DNA of 64,000 nucleotides from the NCBI GenBank assembly GCA_963667785.2, contig CAXXMU010000005.1, positions 224,001-288,000 of the forward strand. The letters run 5' to 3'. The notes beneath the pieces were generated by a model. That model saw only the letters and a program-made list of their open reading frames with translations. It was not told the origin of the DNA and did not search any database. Source of the stretch: Alphaproteobacteria bacterium (GTDB lineage: Bacteria > Pseudomonadota > Alphaproteobacteria > UBA828). Each line of letters opens with the position of its first letter. The first letter of the stretch is position 1. The position numbers and the translations under genes are program-made. This document shows positions 32,493 through 42,657 of the stretch, one piece after another.

Positions 32493-33347
32493 TCAGCCGG
32501 CGGCGCGGCGCCAGTGCCGAGCCAGCGCCTCGGCCGCCTCGGCGCGGGCCTCGATGGTCGCCTCCGGGTCCAGCGCGCGCCTGAGCCGCACCACGTCGCC
32601 CACCACCACCAGGCAGGGCGCCTCGATGCCTGCGCGCTTTGCCGCCGCCGCCGCGCCTGCGAGCGGGGCCTCCACCACGCGCTGGGTTCCGGTGGTGGCC
32701 TGGCTGATGAGCGCCACCGGGGTCTCGGCGGCGAGGCCGTGGCCGGCGAGCCGGGCCGCGATGGTGTCGAGCTGGCGCAACGCCATGTAGAAGATCAGCA
32801 CCGGCGCGCCCCGGGCGATCGCCTGCCAGTCGAGCCCGTCCGGCACGCCGCCCGCCGCGTCGTGGCCGGTGAGCAGCGTCACCGCCGAGTTGGTCGTGCG
32901 ATGGGTCATGGGGATGCCGGCCGCGGCGAGCCCGCCTGCGGCGGCGGTGACGCCCGGCACGAGGCGGAAGGGGATGCGCGCTGCGGCGAGCGCCAGCGCC
33001 TCCTCGCCGCCCCGGCCGAAGACGAAGGGATCGCCGCCCTTCAGCCGCAGCACCCGGAGCCCCTGCCGGGCGAGCCGCACCAGCCGGCCGCTGATGTCGG
33101 GCTGGCGCGCCGACGGCTTGCCGCCCCGCTTGCCGGCATATTCGAGCGAGACCCCCGGCCGGGCCAGCGCCAGGATCTCGGGCGAGACCAGGGCGTCGTA
33201 GACGACGCAGTCGGCACGCTTTAGCGCGTTCAGCGCATGGAGCGTGAGCAGGCCGGGGTCGCCCGGTCCCGCGCCCACCAGCCAGACAGAGCCGGGCTCG
33301 ATCGCCGGCAGGGGCGGCAGGCCGGGGGCAGGGTGCGCGTCGTCCAT
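32493..33347 (-). CDS. cobA: Uroporphyrinogen-III C-methyltransferase
   Basis: VGAGPGDPGLLT, YDALV, RLKGGDPFVFGRGGEE, PGVTA. Confidence 0.96.
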   Translation of the reverse strand: MDDAHPAPGLPPLPAIEPGSVWLVGAGPGDPGLLTLHALNALKRADCVVYDALVSPEILALARPGVSLEYAGKRGGKPSARQPDISGRLVRLARQGLRVLRLKGGDPFVFGRGGEEALALAAARIPFRLVPGVTAAAGGLAAAGIPMTHRTTNSAVTLLTGHDAAGGVPDGLDWQAIARGAPVLIFYMALRQLDTIAARLAGHGLAAETPVALISQATTGTQRVVEAPLAGAAAAAKRAGIEAPCLVVVGDVVRLRRALDPEATIEARAEAAEALARHWRRAAG

Positions 33348-33394
33348 CGCCGCACTCTACACCGGCCGGGCGTCGGCGCGGTATAACCGGCGCG

Positions 33395-34495
33395 ATGACG
33401 GCGGAATCGGAGCAGGCGGGCGCGCTCAGGCGGGGCTGGACCACCGGCGCCTGCGCCGCGGCCGCGACCCGGGCGGCCTACGAGGCGCTGGTCACCGGAC
33501 GCTTCCCCGACCCGGTCTCGGTGACGCTGCCGGGCGGCGAGGCGCCCTCCTTCCCCCTCGTGCTCGCCGAGCGCGGCGCTGGCCACGGCCGTGCCGGCGT
33601 GCGCAAGGATGCGGGCGACGACCCCGACGTGACCCACGGCGCGCTGGTCGAATCCTGGGTGCGCCCGGCACCGCCGGGAGCGGGCATCGTCTTCCGCGCG
33701 GGCGAGGGCGTCGGCACCGTGACCCGGCCGGGGCTCAGCCTCGCGGTGGGCGAGCCCGCGATCAACCCGGCGCCGCGCCGCATGATCGCCGAGATGCTGG
33801 GTGCGCTGGCGCCGGCGCTCGGCGGGCCGGCCGACGTCTCGGTCGCCATCTCCATTCCCGACGGGCGCCGCCTTGCCCGGCAGACCATGAACGGCCGCCT
33901 CGGCATCGTCGGCGGCCTCTCGGTGCTGGGAACCTCCGGCATCGTCAAGCCCTATTCCTGCGCCGCGTGGATCGCCTCGATCCGGCAGGGGATCGACGTG
34001 GCCGCTGCCGCCGGTGCCACCCATCTCGCGGCGGCCACGGGCCGCGTCTCGGAACGGGCGGTGGCGGCGCTCTACGGCCTCGACGACGGCAGCCTCATCG
34101 ACATGGGCGACTTCGCCGGCGCGACGCTCAAGCTGGTCCGGCGCAAGCCGGTGCCGCGGCTCACCATCGCCGGCGGCTTCGGCAAGATCAGCAAGCTCGC
34201 CGACGGCCACCTGGACCTCCATTCGGCGCGCAGCACGGTCGATCGCGCGGGCCTCGTCCGCCGCCTCGCGGCGCTCGACGCATCCGAGGCAACGCTGGCG
34301 GAGGCGCGGGCCGCCGCCTCCGCCGCCGCGATCCTCGCGGTCGCGTCAGACGCCGGACTGGCGCTTGGCAACGCGGTCGCGGCCGCCGCGCGTGACCAGG
34401 CCCTGGCCGTGCTCGCCGGCGCCCGGCCCAGCCCTGCCGTGGACGTGCTGATCGTCGACCGCGCAGGCTCCGTCGTTGGCCGCGCCGGCCCCTGA
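33395..34495 (+). CDS. cbiD: Cobalt-precorrin-5B C1-methyltransferase
   Basis: LRRGWTTGACAAAA, KDAGDDPDVTHG, GEPAINPAPR, LGIVGGLSVLGTSGIVKPYS, GHLDLHS. Confidence 0.96.
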   Translation: MTAESEQAGALRRGWTTGACAAAATRAAYEALVTGRFPDPVSVTLPGGEAPSFPLVLAERGAGHGRAGVRKDAGDDPDVTHGALVESWVRPAPPGAGIVFRAGEGVGTVTRPGLSLAVGEPAINPAPRRMIAEMLGALAPALGGPADVSVAISIPDGRRLARQTMNGRLGIVGGLSVLGTSGIVKPYSCAAWIASIRQGIDVAAAAGATHLAAATGRVSERAVAALYGLDDGSLIDMGDFAGATLKLVRRKPVPRLTIAGGFGKISKLADGHLDLHSARSTVDRAGLVRRLAALDASEATLAEARAAASAAAILAVASDAGLALGNAVAAAARDQALAVLAGARPSPAVDVLIVDRAGSVVGRAGP

Positions 34496-35246
34496 GCGCC
34501 TGCTGATCCTGGGCGGCACGGCCGAGGGCCGTGCGCTGGCGGCGGCCGCAGAGGCACGCTTCGGGCGCTCGCTTGCGGTGATCTCGGCGCTCGCCGGCCG
34601 CACCCGAACGCCGGTCCTGCCGGCGGGCTGCGTCCGCATCGGCGGCTTCGGCGGGGCGGCGGGGCTCGCCGCTTACCTGCGCGAAGCGGGGATCGGCCTC
34701 CTGATCGACGCCACCCATCCCTTCGCCACCCGCATCTCGGCGCACGCCTGCGAGGCGGCGGCACGGTCAGGCACGCCGCACCTCGCGCTGGTGCGCCCGC
34801 CCTGGCGCCCGGCGCCCGGCGATCGCTGGATCGACGCGGGCACGACGGCCGACGCTGCGGCCGCGATCCCGGCCGGGGCGGCGCGCGTCTTCCTCACCGT
34901 CGGCGCCCGCGCGCTGGCCCCTTTTGCCGGCCGCGACGACCTCTGGTTCCTGGTGCGGCTGGTGGATCCGCCGGCAGCGCCGATCCCCCTCGCCCGGCAC
35001 CGGCTGATCTGCGCCCGCGGGCCGTTCAAGGAGGAGGACGAGCGCGCGCTGCTCCGCGACCACCGCATCGACTGCCTGATCACGCGGGCGAGCGGCGGTG
35101 CGGCGACCGCGGCCAAGCTCGCGGCGGCGCGGGCGCTCGGGTTGCCGGTGGTCATGGTGCGCCGCCCGGCGCCGCCACCGGGCGAGCGCGTCGCCTCGAT
35201 CGAGGATGCGCTCGCCTGGATCGAGCGCCACCTGGAGGCGCGTTAG
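34476..35246 (+). CDS. cobK: (Cobalt-)precorrin-6A reductase
   Basis: LILGGTAEG, SALAGRT, GGFGG, IDATHPFA, ARGPF, VVMVRRP. Confidence 0.94.
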   Translation: MAAPAPERLLILGGTAEGRALAAAAEARFGRSLAVISALAGRTRTPVLPAGCVRIGGFGGAAGLAAYLREAGIGLLIDATHPFATRISAHACEAAARSGTPHLALVRPPWRPAPGDRWIDAGTTADAAAAIPAGAARVFLTVGARALAPFAGRDDLWFLVRLVDPPAAPIPLARHRLICARGPFKEEDERALLRDHRIDCLITRASGGAATAAKLAAARALGLPVVMVRRPAPPPGERVASIEDALAWIERHLEAR

Positions 35247-35421
35247 AGCGGATCCGTCTTTGACGGATACGCGACAGGCCGCGACCGCGGCCCGCCGCTT
35301 ATGCGGCGCCCTCGCGGAGGCGCCGGCCGTCGCGCCGGCAGGCGCGCGGAAACGCTGGACGGCCGGCTGCCGTGAGCGACCAAGAGGCTGGAGCGTTTCC
35401 GCGTAAAGCGGGCACGCTCCA
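35244..35421. mobile_element. MITE-like palindromic repeat, family B, copy 2
   Basis: Begins TAGAGCGGATCCGTCTTTGACGGATACG (TAG is the cobK stop). About 100 bp near-identical to copy 1; 28 bp shorter internally; ends CACGCTCCA. Confidence 0.87.
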
Positions 35422-35441
35422 GGAGCAGGCCGGGCGCGGTC

Positions 35442-38400
35442 TCAGGCGCTCTCCGGCAGCCAGATCAGGCGGGGCGCATCGACGAAGAGCAGGCCGCAGG
35501 CGATCCTGCGCTCGGGGAAGACCGCGGCCAGCGCCGCGCGGTAGCTCTCCATCTGGGCGCGATAGGCCTCGGGCACGGGCTCGCCCTCGGCAGGGGCGCG
35601 GCCGGTCTTGAAGTCCAGCGCGATCACCTCCCGCTCGTTCACCAGCAGCCGGTCGATCTGGCCCGCGATCTCCCGCTCGCCGACGCGGGCGGATATGGGT
35701 GCCTCGGCGAGCGCATCGGGGCCGAAGTAGGGGGCGTAGTCAGGGTTCTCGATGAGGGCGATCATGGCTGCCGCCAGGGCCTCCTTCTCGTCCTCGCCGA
35801 GGCGGCGCCTCGCCAGCAGGCGCCGGGCCGCGGCCGGGCGGGCCGCCTGCGGCAGCGCGGGAAGGCGCTCGAGCAGCGCGTGGGCGGCGATACCGCGCAG
35901 CCGCGCTCTCTCTCCGGCCTGGTCGGTCGGCGAGTGCGGCGCTGTGTCGGCAAGGGCGCGCGAGGGCGCGAGGGGACGCGGCACGGGCGGCTCCGCCGGC
36001 GGCGGCGCCAGCAGCGCGGGCGGCAGCGGCGGGGGGGCCTCGGGCTCCGGCGCGCGATCCTCATGCGCCGGCAGCGGCGCGGTCTGCGGCTCGTCGTAGA
36101 CGAGGCCGGCGGCGCCTGCCGCGATCCCTTCTTCCGTCATCGCCAGCGGCACTGCGCCTTCCAGGCCCGCCATGCCGCGGCGCACGAGCGCGTACCAGCA
36201 GTCTTCGGGCGGCTTGTCGCGGCCCTGCCAGCCACAGACGTAGAGCCGGTCCTCGGCGCGGGTCATCGCGACATAGAGGAGCCTGCGGTATTCCTCGTCC
36301 CCCGCGGCGCGGGCGCGAGCGCGGGCGTTCCGCGTGACGGGATCCTCGCGGCTCACCCGGCCGGGCCAGAGCAGGCCGTCGGGCGTGGCGACGCCGATAT
36401 CCGGCCGCTCCTCCTCCAGCCAGACGAGCGGGTCGCGGGCGCCCGGCTTGCGCATGGTATCGGGCAGGAAGACCACCGGCGCCTCCAGCCCCTTGGCGCC
36501 GTGTACGGTCATGATCCGCACCTCGTCGCGCCCCTGCTCGAAGTCCCGCGCGATCTCCGCGCGCCCGTCCCACACCCAGTGCAGGAAGCCCTGGAGAGAG
36601 TGCGGGTGGGCGCGGCCGTAGCCGAGGGCCAGCGCCAGGAACTCCTCCACGGCATCGCCCGATTCCGGGCCGAGCCGGCCGAGCAGCGCCGCCCGCCCGC
36701 CGCCTGCGCCGAGCACGTGCGCGTAGAACTCGAAGGGCGCCAGCGCATCCGCCGCCCTGCGGAACGCGGTGAGCGCGCGGTGGGCATCGCCGAACACCGG
36801 GCATTCGTCGCGGCGCCTGGCGAGCGTCGCCCACAGGCTCGCGGCGCCGCGCCCGTGGGCGAGGGCGAACAGCGCCTCCTCGTCGAGCCCGATCAGCGGG
36901 CTCCTGAGCACCGTGGCCAGCGTCAGGTCGTCGTCCGGCAGCAGGCAGAAGTCGCCCAGCGCGATCAGGTCCATCACCGCGAGCTGCTCGGTCAGCACCA
37001 TGCGGTCGATCCCCGCCACCGGCACCGCGCGGGCCTTGAAGGCGCGCAGCAGGTGATCCACGAAGGGGCCGCGGCGGCGCACCAGCACCAGCACGTCGCC
37101 GGGGCGGATCGGGCGGCTGCGGGCCGCGAGCCAGGCGTCGTCGCCGGGCGACGCCGGCTCCTGGGTCCAGCGGGCGACGCGAGCGGCGATGAGGGCGGCG
37201 AGCCGGGCTGCCGGGTCGTCGGCCGCCTCGCGCGCGACGGGCGGGGCCCAAGGCTCCGGCGGCTCTCTCTCTCCCGGCACCAGCGGCGGCCACAGCTCGA
37301 CCCGGCCGGCGGCGCCCGCACGATACACCCGATGGCGGATCGGCGCCGCTCCTTCGGTGACGCCCTGGGCCGCCTCGGGCCGGGCGAACACCGCGTCGAC
37401 CGCAGCGAGCACCGCCCCGGTGGAGCGGAAGGATTCGGCCAGCGGCAGCGACTGCCAGGGCTGCCCGGCGGCCTCGGCCCGGCTGCGGAAGCGCCGATGG
37501 GCGGCGGCGAGCGCCCGGGCATCGGCGCCCTGGAAGCTGAAGATCGACTGCTTCCCGTCGCCGACGGCGAAGAGCGTGCGCGGCGCGGCGCGCGCGCCCT
37601 CGCCGGCGAAGAACTCCTCCGCCAGTGCCGCGATCACCGCCCACTGCGCCGGGCTTGTATCCTGCGCCTCGTCGATCAGCAGGTGGTCGAGGCCGCCGTC
37701 GAGCTTGTAGAGCACCCAGGGCGCGATGCCGGCGAGCCCGAGCAGGTCGCGGCTCATCGCGATCTGATCGCCATAGTCGAGCACGGCGTGGCGTGTCTTC
37801 TCGGCGCCGTAGAGGGCGAGATGGCGCGACGCCACCTCGAGGAGCGCGGCGCTGCCCTCGGCGACGCGGGCGGCGTTCCAGCGCTCCGTGAACGCGACGA
37901 GCCGCTCCTGCTCGGCGCCGAGCGCGTCCGCCGCTTCCGGGTGCGCGTCGCCGAGCTTCTTGGTGACGAGCCGCTGGAGGGGCTCGTCCTTCTGGCTGAG
38001 GAAGGCGCGGCGATAGGCGCCAAGGCCCGCCATCCGTGCCGCATGCACACCGCCGAGCCAGGTCGCGATCGCCTGCGCCCGCCTCTTGTCGGTCACGGCC
38101 CCTGTGCCAAGAACGCGGGCCGCGTTGGCGAGGCTCTCGCGATCGAAGGCCTCGTCCGCGCAGGCTTCGGCGAGCAGGCCGTCGGCCGTCGCGCCGTCCG
38201 CCACGCCGAGCCTCGTGCGCAGCGCCGCGACGGCGCCGGCGAGGCCGCCGTGACGCCGGATCAGCGCGGCGAAGCGGTCGCGCTCCCGGCTCACCTCGGC
38301 CAGCAGGGCGGCGAAATCCTCCTCGCCCACGATCGCGGTCATGGCGGCAAGGGCTGCGGAGAGCGTCGCCTCGGCTTGCGGCCGGGCGGCGTTCAGCAGA

Positions 38401-38900
38401 CGCGCCCGCGCCGCGCCCAGCAGCGCGCTGCTCATGCGCTCGTCGGCGATCTCGAAGTTGGGGGCGACGCCCGCCTCCAGCGGGAAGCGCCGCAGCAGCG
38501 ACTGGCAGAAGGCGTGGATGGTCTGGATCTTCAGCCCGTCGGGCGCGTCGAGCACGGTGGCGAAGAGGCGCCGGGCCAGGTCGAGCGTGCCGCGCCGGGG
38601 CGGGCTCCCGGTCAGCGCGGCGAGGGAACTGCCAAGCGCTTCGTCGTCAGCGACCGTCCAGCGGGCGAGCTCGCTGGAGATCCTGAGCGCCATCTCGGCG
38701 GCGGCGGCGCGGGTGAAGGTGAGGCAGAGAATCCGCTCCGGCGCGGTGCCGCCCAGCAGCAGGCGCAGCACGCGGTCCGTCAGCACCTTGGTCTTGCCGG
38801 TGCCGGCAGACGCCGCGACCCAGACCGAGGCGCCCGGATCCGACGCGTCGTGCTGGGCTCGGTTGAAGGCCTGCGCCGGTGCCTGTCCGCGCGCGGCCAT
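35442..38900 (-). CDS. addA: Double-strand break repair helicase/nuclease AddA
   Basis: ASAGTGKT, LTFTRAAAAEM, IDEAQDT, VGDGKQSIFSFQGA, MTVHGAKGLE, YVAMTRA, C-terminal IDRL..DFKTG nuclease. Confidence 0.97.
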   Translation of the reverse strand: MAARGQAPAQAFNRAQHDASDPGASVWVAASAGTGKTKVLTDRVLRLLLGGTAPERILCLTFTRAAAAEMALRISSELARWTVADDEALGSSLAALTGSPPRRGTLDLARRLFATVLDAPDGLKIQTIHAFCQSLLRRFPLEAGVAPNFEIADERMSSALLGAARARLLNAARPQAEATLSAALAAMTAIVGEEDFAALLAEVSRERDRFAALIRRHGGLAGAVAALRTRLGVADGATADGLLAEACADEAFDRESLANAARVLGTGAVTDKRRAQAIATWLGGVHAARMAGLGAYRRAFLSQKDEPLQRLVTKKLGDAHPEAADALGAEQERLVAFTERWNAARVAEGSAALLEVASRHLALYGAEKTRHAVLDYGDQIAMSRDLLGLAGIAPWVLYKLDGGLDHLLIDEAQDTSPAQWAVIAALAEEFFAGEGARAAPRTLFAVGDGKQSIFSFQGADARALAAAHRRFRSRAEAAGQPWQSLPLAESFRSTGAVLAAVDAVFARPEAAQGVTEGAAPIRHRVYRAGAAGRVELWPPLVPGEREPPEPWAPPVAREAADDPAARLAALIAARVARWTQEPASPGDDAWLAARSRPIRPGDVLVLVRRRGPFVDHLLRAFKARAVPVAGIDRMVLTEQLAVMDLIALGDFCLLPDDDLTLATVLRSPLIGLDEEALFALAHGRGAASLWATLARRRDECPVFGDAHRALTAFRRAADALAPFEFYAHVLGAGGGRAALLGRLGPESGDAVEEFLALALGYGRAHPHSLQGFLHWVWDGRAEIARDFEQGRDEVRIMTVHGAKGLEAPVVFLPDTMRKPGARDPLVWLEEERPDIGVATPDGLLWPGRVSREDPVTRNARARARAAGDEEYRRLLYVAMTRAEDRLYVCGWQGRDKPPEDCWYALVRRGMAGLEGAVPLAMTEEGIAAGAAGLVYDEPQTAPLPAHEDRAPEPEAPPPLPPALLAPPPAEPPVPRPLAPSRALADTAPHSPTDQAGERARLRGIAAHALLERLPALPQAARPAAARRLLARRRLGEDEKEALAAAMIALIENPDYAPYFGPDALAEAPISARVGEREIAGQIDRLLVNEREVIALDFKTGRAPAEGEPVPEAYRAQMESYRAALAAVFPERRIACGLLFVDAPRLIWLPESA

Positions 38901-41900
38901 CAGGGCTCTCCGCCGGGCACGGACCACTCCTTGTGCCGGGCCAGGTGGGCGTAGTCGTTCCAGGGAGGCGCCAGCACCGGCCGCGGCACCGGGTGGTAGG
39001 GGGTCGCGGGATCGTCGAAGCGGGCGACGAGCGCCTGCAGGCCGCGCAGCGCGTCCTCGGCGAGCGCTCCCGCATCGCCGCCGATCTCGCTGATCTCGCC
39101 GGCGGTCTCGGCCCCGCTCAGCCTCCAGTAGGCGAGCGCCGCGACCCCGGCGGCGGCGACGCCCGCGAACCCGCCTGCCGCGGCGATCGCCGCCTCCAGC
39201 GAGAGCTGCGGACGCCGGCCGTCGGCGACGTGGCTCTTCGGCGGCACGCTGCCGGTCTTGTAGTCGATGATCTCCAGTGTGCCCGCCTCGGTCCCGTCGA
39301 TGCGGTCCGCCTTCGCCGTGAGGCGGAAGCGGCCGGCCGGCGCATCCAGGTCGAGCGCGCCCTCCACCTCGGTCGCGAGCGGGCGGCATGCGGGCCTGCG
39401 CGCGCCTTCCGTCTCCAGGAACCAGCGGACGATGCGCGCAAACCGCGGCCACCAGAAGGCGAGCACGCCGGGGGGCGTGCCGGCCGCCTCGAAATGTGCC
39501 CGGCCGAGGGCCAGCAGGCGCTCCTCGGCATCCGCAGGCAGCCTCTCCGGATGCGCACGCACGAACGCCTCCAGGATGCGGTGGATGACGATGCCGCGTT
39601 CCGCCGCGCTCGGGTCGGCGTCCACGGGCTCGAGCGGCTTGAGGCGGAGAATGTCGCGCGCATAGACGGAATAGGGATCGGCGATCCAGGTCTCGATACG
39701 CGTCACCGAGAGCCGTCGCGGCCGGGCCCAGACCGGCGGCGCCGGCGCCGGCGCCGGCGCCGGCCGGGGGCCGGGGGGCTTCGCCGGCCGGTCCAGCGCA
39801 TTCCACCAGCCGAGCAGCGCGGGCTCGCTCGCGCGGAGCGCGGCCGCACCCCCGGGCGTGCCCGCCAGCAGGGCGTCGAGGCGCTGGAGCCAGCGCGAGG
39901 GGATCGTCGGCGTGCCCTCGATGCGCCGCGCCCGCGTGAGCCAGACCTCCGCCGCGCCACAGCACTGGACGAAGTCGTGGGCGGAGAGGCCGATGCGGAG
40001 CTCCGGCGGCGGCAGGCCGAAGTCCGCCCGCATGGGGCGGCTCATCCAGGGATCGCCCGCCGCCGCCGGCGGCCAGACGCCCTCGTTGAGCCCGCCCAGG
40101 ATCATGCGGTCGGCATGCTGCAGCCGGGCCTCCAGCGGCCCCCAGATCTGCAGGCGGGGATGGCGGCCGTAGGGCGGGCGGACTACCTCGCCCTCCAGCA
40201 GCGCATCCAGCAGCGCCGGGTAGAGGGCGGGCGGCGCCACCGGCGGCAGCGCCGGCGCGGCCTCCATCACGCCCGCCACGAAGCGCGCCGCCCCCTCGCC
40301 GGCCTCACCCGACCAGAGCCGCTGGGCGCCGCTCTCCTCGTCGCTCGCGGCGAGCCATTCGGCGAAGGCGACATGGGCGCGCACGAGGTCCTGCAGGGCC
40401 GCGGCGGGCCGGGACATGACGTCCGCGAAGGGGCGCGCGCCGTCTGTGAGCCCCTCCAGCCAGCGAGCGATGGCGGGATCGTCCCCTTCGAGCGCTGCGC
40501 TCAGCCCGCCGAACCCCGGTGCCGGCCGCGGGCCGCGCAGCACCGCCCGCTCCAGGGTGCGGACGGCGCGGCGGAAGGCCGCAGGCGCGTCACCGCCGGT
40601 GGCGAGCGGATGCTTGAGCGCGGCCAGCAGCGGCACCGGCGCGGCGTCTTCCGCGACCAGGCGCGCCGTGAGCCTGAGATAGGCGCCGGGGCGCGTCTCG
40701 CCGAGCGGCATGCCGGCGGAATCGTCCACCTCGATGCGCCAGCGTCTGAGCTCCGCCGCGACCCGGCGAGCGAGCGCGCGGTCGGCGGTCACCAGGGCGG
40801 CGGTGCGGCCGGGCGTCTCCAGCGTGCGCCGCATGACGATCGCGATGACGCCCGCCTCCTCCTGCGGGCTCGCGCAGTCGACGCGGTGCAGGCCGCGCAG
40901 CGCTGCGGGGTCGCGCGGCGGCAGGGCGCGCCAGGCGGCGATGGTCTCCGCCGGCCGCATGGCGTCGGCAATCAGCCGCGCGCGGAGGCGCCCTGCGCCG
41001 GATTCCCCTCCCGCCCCCTCGTCGCCTGGCCACGGCAGGACGGCATCGCGCGCGACACCGAGATGATCGAGCAGGCCCTTCAGCGCGTACTGCGGATGGG
41101 TGGGGCCGAGCGCCTCCCAGCTCTCGTCGTCGGCCTCCGTGTCGAGGCCGGGGAGGACCACCGCGCCCTGCGGCAGGCGCGCAATGGTCGCCAGCAGGTC
41201 GCGCGTGGCGGGCACGCTGCCGGTGGAGCCGGCGGCGATCACGGGGTGGGGCGGCGGCCGGGCGGCCCAGCGTTCCGCGAGGCGTTCCAGCAGGGCGTTG
41301 CGGCGCGTCCACGGGTCCATGAGACCCTCTTCCGCCAAGTGCGCCGGCCACGCGTCCATGATGATCTCGAGGAAGCTCAGCACCTGCTGCCAGTGGGCGG
41401 CGTATTCCTCCGGCGCGAGGGTGGCGAGCGCGGCCGGGTCGAGCCGGGCGATCTGGATCTCGTCGAGGAGGGCGGCCAGCGCCTGTGCGAGCCGCGAGGC
41501 CTGGTCCACGGCGCCGGCGCCGGCCAGCGCGGTGCCCGATGCCGTCTCGCCCAGCCGCTGGATCAGGCGGGCGAGCAGCAGCCGGCGGACCAGCGGCGAG
41601 ATCGCATCGGGCAGCGCCTCGTCGATCTCGTCGCCGATGCTCGCCTCGTCCTCGTCGACGTCGCCGAGAGGGCGGATGTGCGGCAGCAGCAGCGCCTGCC
41701 CCGGGCTGGCACGCAGGAAGGCGCGGCCGAGCGCGCGGCAGGCCCGGCGGGTCGGCAGCAGGATGGTGAGACGGCTGAGCGCGAGCGGGTCGTCGCGGTC
41801 GAGGGGGAGCGCGCGTCCGGCAAGAATGCCCCCGGCCAGCGTATCGACGAAGGAGCGCTCGGGCGGCACCGTGTAGAGGGTGGGGGGCGCCGCGCCCCCG

Positions 41901-41917
41901 CCGGTGCGCGCGCTCAT
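38900..41917 (-). CDS. addB: Double-strand break repair protein AddB
   Basis: LLPTRRA, AAGSTGS, THPQY, DDSAG, GPLEARL, PSRWL, DPYSVYAR, KADRID..IIDYKTG. Confidence 0.96.
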   Translation of the reverse strand: MSARTGGGAAPPTLYTVPPERSFVDTLAGGILAGRALPLDRDDPLALSRLTILLPTRRACRALGRAFLRASPGQALLLPHIRPLGDVDEDEASIGDEIDEALPDAISPLVRRLLLARLIQRLGETASGTALAGAGAVDQASRLAQALAALLDEIQIARLDPAALATLAPEEYAAHWQQVLSFLEIIMDAWPAHLAEEGLMDPWTRRNALLERLAERWAARPPPHPVIAAGSTGSVPATRDLLATIARLPQGAVVLPGLDTEADDESWEALGPTHPQYALKGLLDHLGVARDAVLPWPGDEGAGGESGAGRLRARLIADAMRPAETIAAWRALPPRDPAALRGLHRVDCASPQEEAGVIAIVMRRTLETPGRTAALVTADRALARRVAAELRRWRIEVDDSAGMPLGETRPGAYLRLTARLVAEDAAPVPLLAALKHPLATGGDAPAAFRRAVRTLERAVLRGPRPAPGFGGLSAALEGDDPAIARWLEGLTDGARPFADVMSRPAAALQDLVRAHVAFAEWLAASDEESGAQRLWSGEAGEGAARFVAGVMEAAPALPPVAPPALYPALLDALLEGEVVRPPYGRHPRLQIWGPLEARLQHADRMILGGLNEGVWPPAAAGDPWMSRPMRADFGLPPPELRIGLSAHDFVQCCGAAEVWLTRARRIEGTPTIPSRWLQRLDALLAGTPGGAAALRASEPALLGWWNALDRPAKPPGPRPAPAPAPAPPVWARPRRLSVTRIETWIADPYSVYARDILRLKPLEPVDADPSAAERGIVIHRILEAFVRAHPERLPADAEERLLALGRAHFEAAGTPPGVLAFWWPRFARIVRWFLETEGARRPACRPLATEVEGALDLDAPAGRFRLTAKADRIDGTEAGTLEIIDYKTGSVPPKSHVADGRRPQLSLEAAIAAAGGFAGVAAAGVAALAYWRLSGAETAGEISEIGGDAGALAEDALRGLQALVARFDDPATPYHPVPRPVLAPPWNDYAHLARHKEWSVPGGEP

Positions 41918-42657
41918 CCGCTCTCTCCGCCCGCGCCGCCGCCGAGAATGCGCGCGGCCTCCGCCAGTCCCGCCGGCGAGCCGACATGGAGCGCGAGACC
42001 GCGATGCACCAGCCCGAACAGGCGGCCGCGCCCGATCGCCTCGTCGTAGTGGCGGTTCAGCGAATAGGCGCCGTCGGGTGCGGCAGCGAAGAGCCGGGGG
42101 TGCAGGAGCTGGACGCCGGTGAAGACGAAGGGCGCGCCCGGCGCCGCGCCGCGTCGCGCAAGGCGCCCGTCCGGCTCGCGGAAGAAGTCTCCGGCGCCTG
42201 CGTGGCCCGACATGCGCGCGCGCGGGCAGAGGAGAAGGAGCGCATCCATCGCCACCTCGTCCCACGCCCAGGCTAGGCGCGCGAGCGCGGGCGCGTCGCG
42301 CTCCACCAGCACGACATCACTGTTGAGCACGTAGAAGGGGCCCTCGCCGAGCCGGGGAAGCGCCCGGCGCACGCCGCCGCCCGTCTCCAGCCGCTCCGCC
42401 TCGCGCGAGATGTGGATGCGGGGCGAGGCGGCCGCGGCGGCATGGGCGGCGAGAAAGGATTCGACCTGCTCCGCCCGGTGGTGGGTGTTGACGACGATCT
42501 CGTCCACGCCGGCCTGCGCCAGACGCCCGAGCGCATGGGCAACGAGCGGCCTGCCCGCGAGCGGCACCAGGGGCTTCGGGAGGGTCTCGCTGACTGCGCG
42601 CATGCGCAGGCCCAGGCCCGCCGCCAGCACCATCCCGCGCCGGGGACGGAGGATCAC
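41914..42657 (-). CDS. murU: Nucleotidyltransferase (MurNAc-1-phosphate uridylyltransferase, MurU-like)
   Basis: MVLAAGLGLRMR..SETLPKPL, LETGGG, NSD. Located between amgK and addB. GTG start at 42657. Confidence 0.85.
   Translation of the reverse strand: MILRPRRGMVLAAGLGLRMRAVSETLPKPLVPLAGRPLVAHALGRLAQAGVDEIVVNTHHRAEQVESFLAAHAAAAASPRIHISREAERLETGGGVRRALPRLGEGPFYVLNSDVVLVERDAPALARLAWAWDEVAMDALLLLCPRARMSGHAGAGDFFREPDGRLARRGAAPGAPFVFTGVQLLHPRLFAAAPDGAYSLNRHYDEAIGRGRLFGLVHRGLALHVGSPAGLAEAARILGGGAGGESG

Noticed and set aside
33348-33394. Cobalamin riboswitch
   Set aside because: The 47-bp spacer is far too short and lacks a B12 box.
39736-39768. GCCGGC tandem repeat in addB
   Set aside because: Encodes an in-frame Pro-Ala linker; ordinary.
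35442-39965. 1507-aa extended AddA, and the 914-aa ORF 56219-58963 spanning tRNA-Leu
   Set aside because: Artefactual upstream extensions; real starts are at 38900 and 58016.
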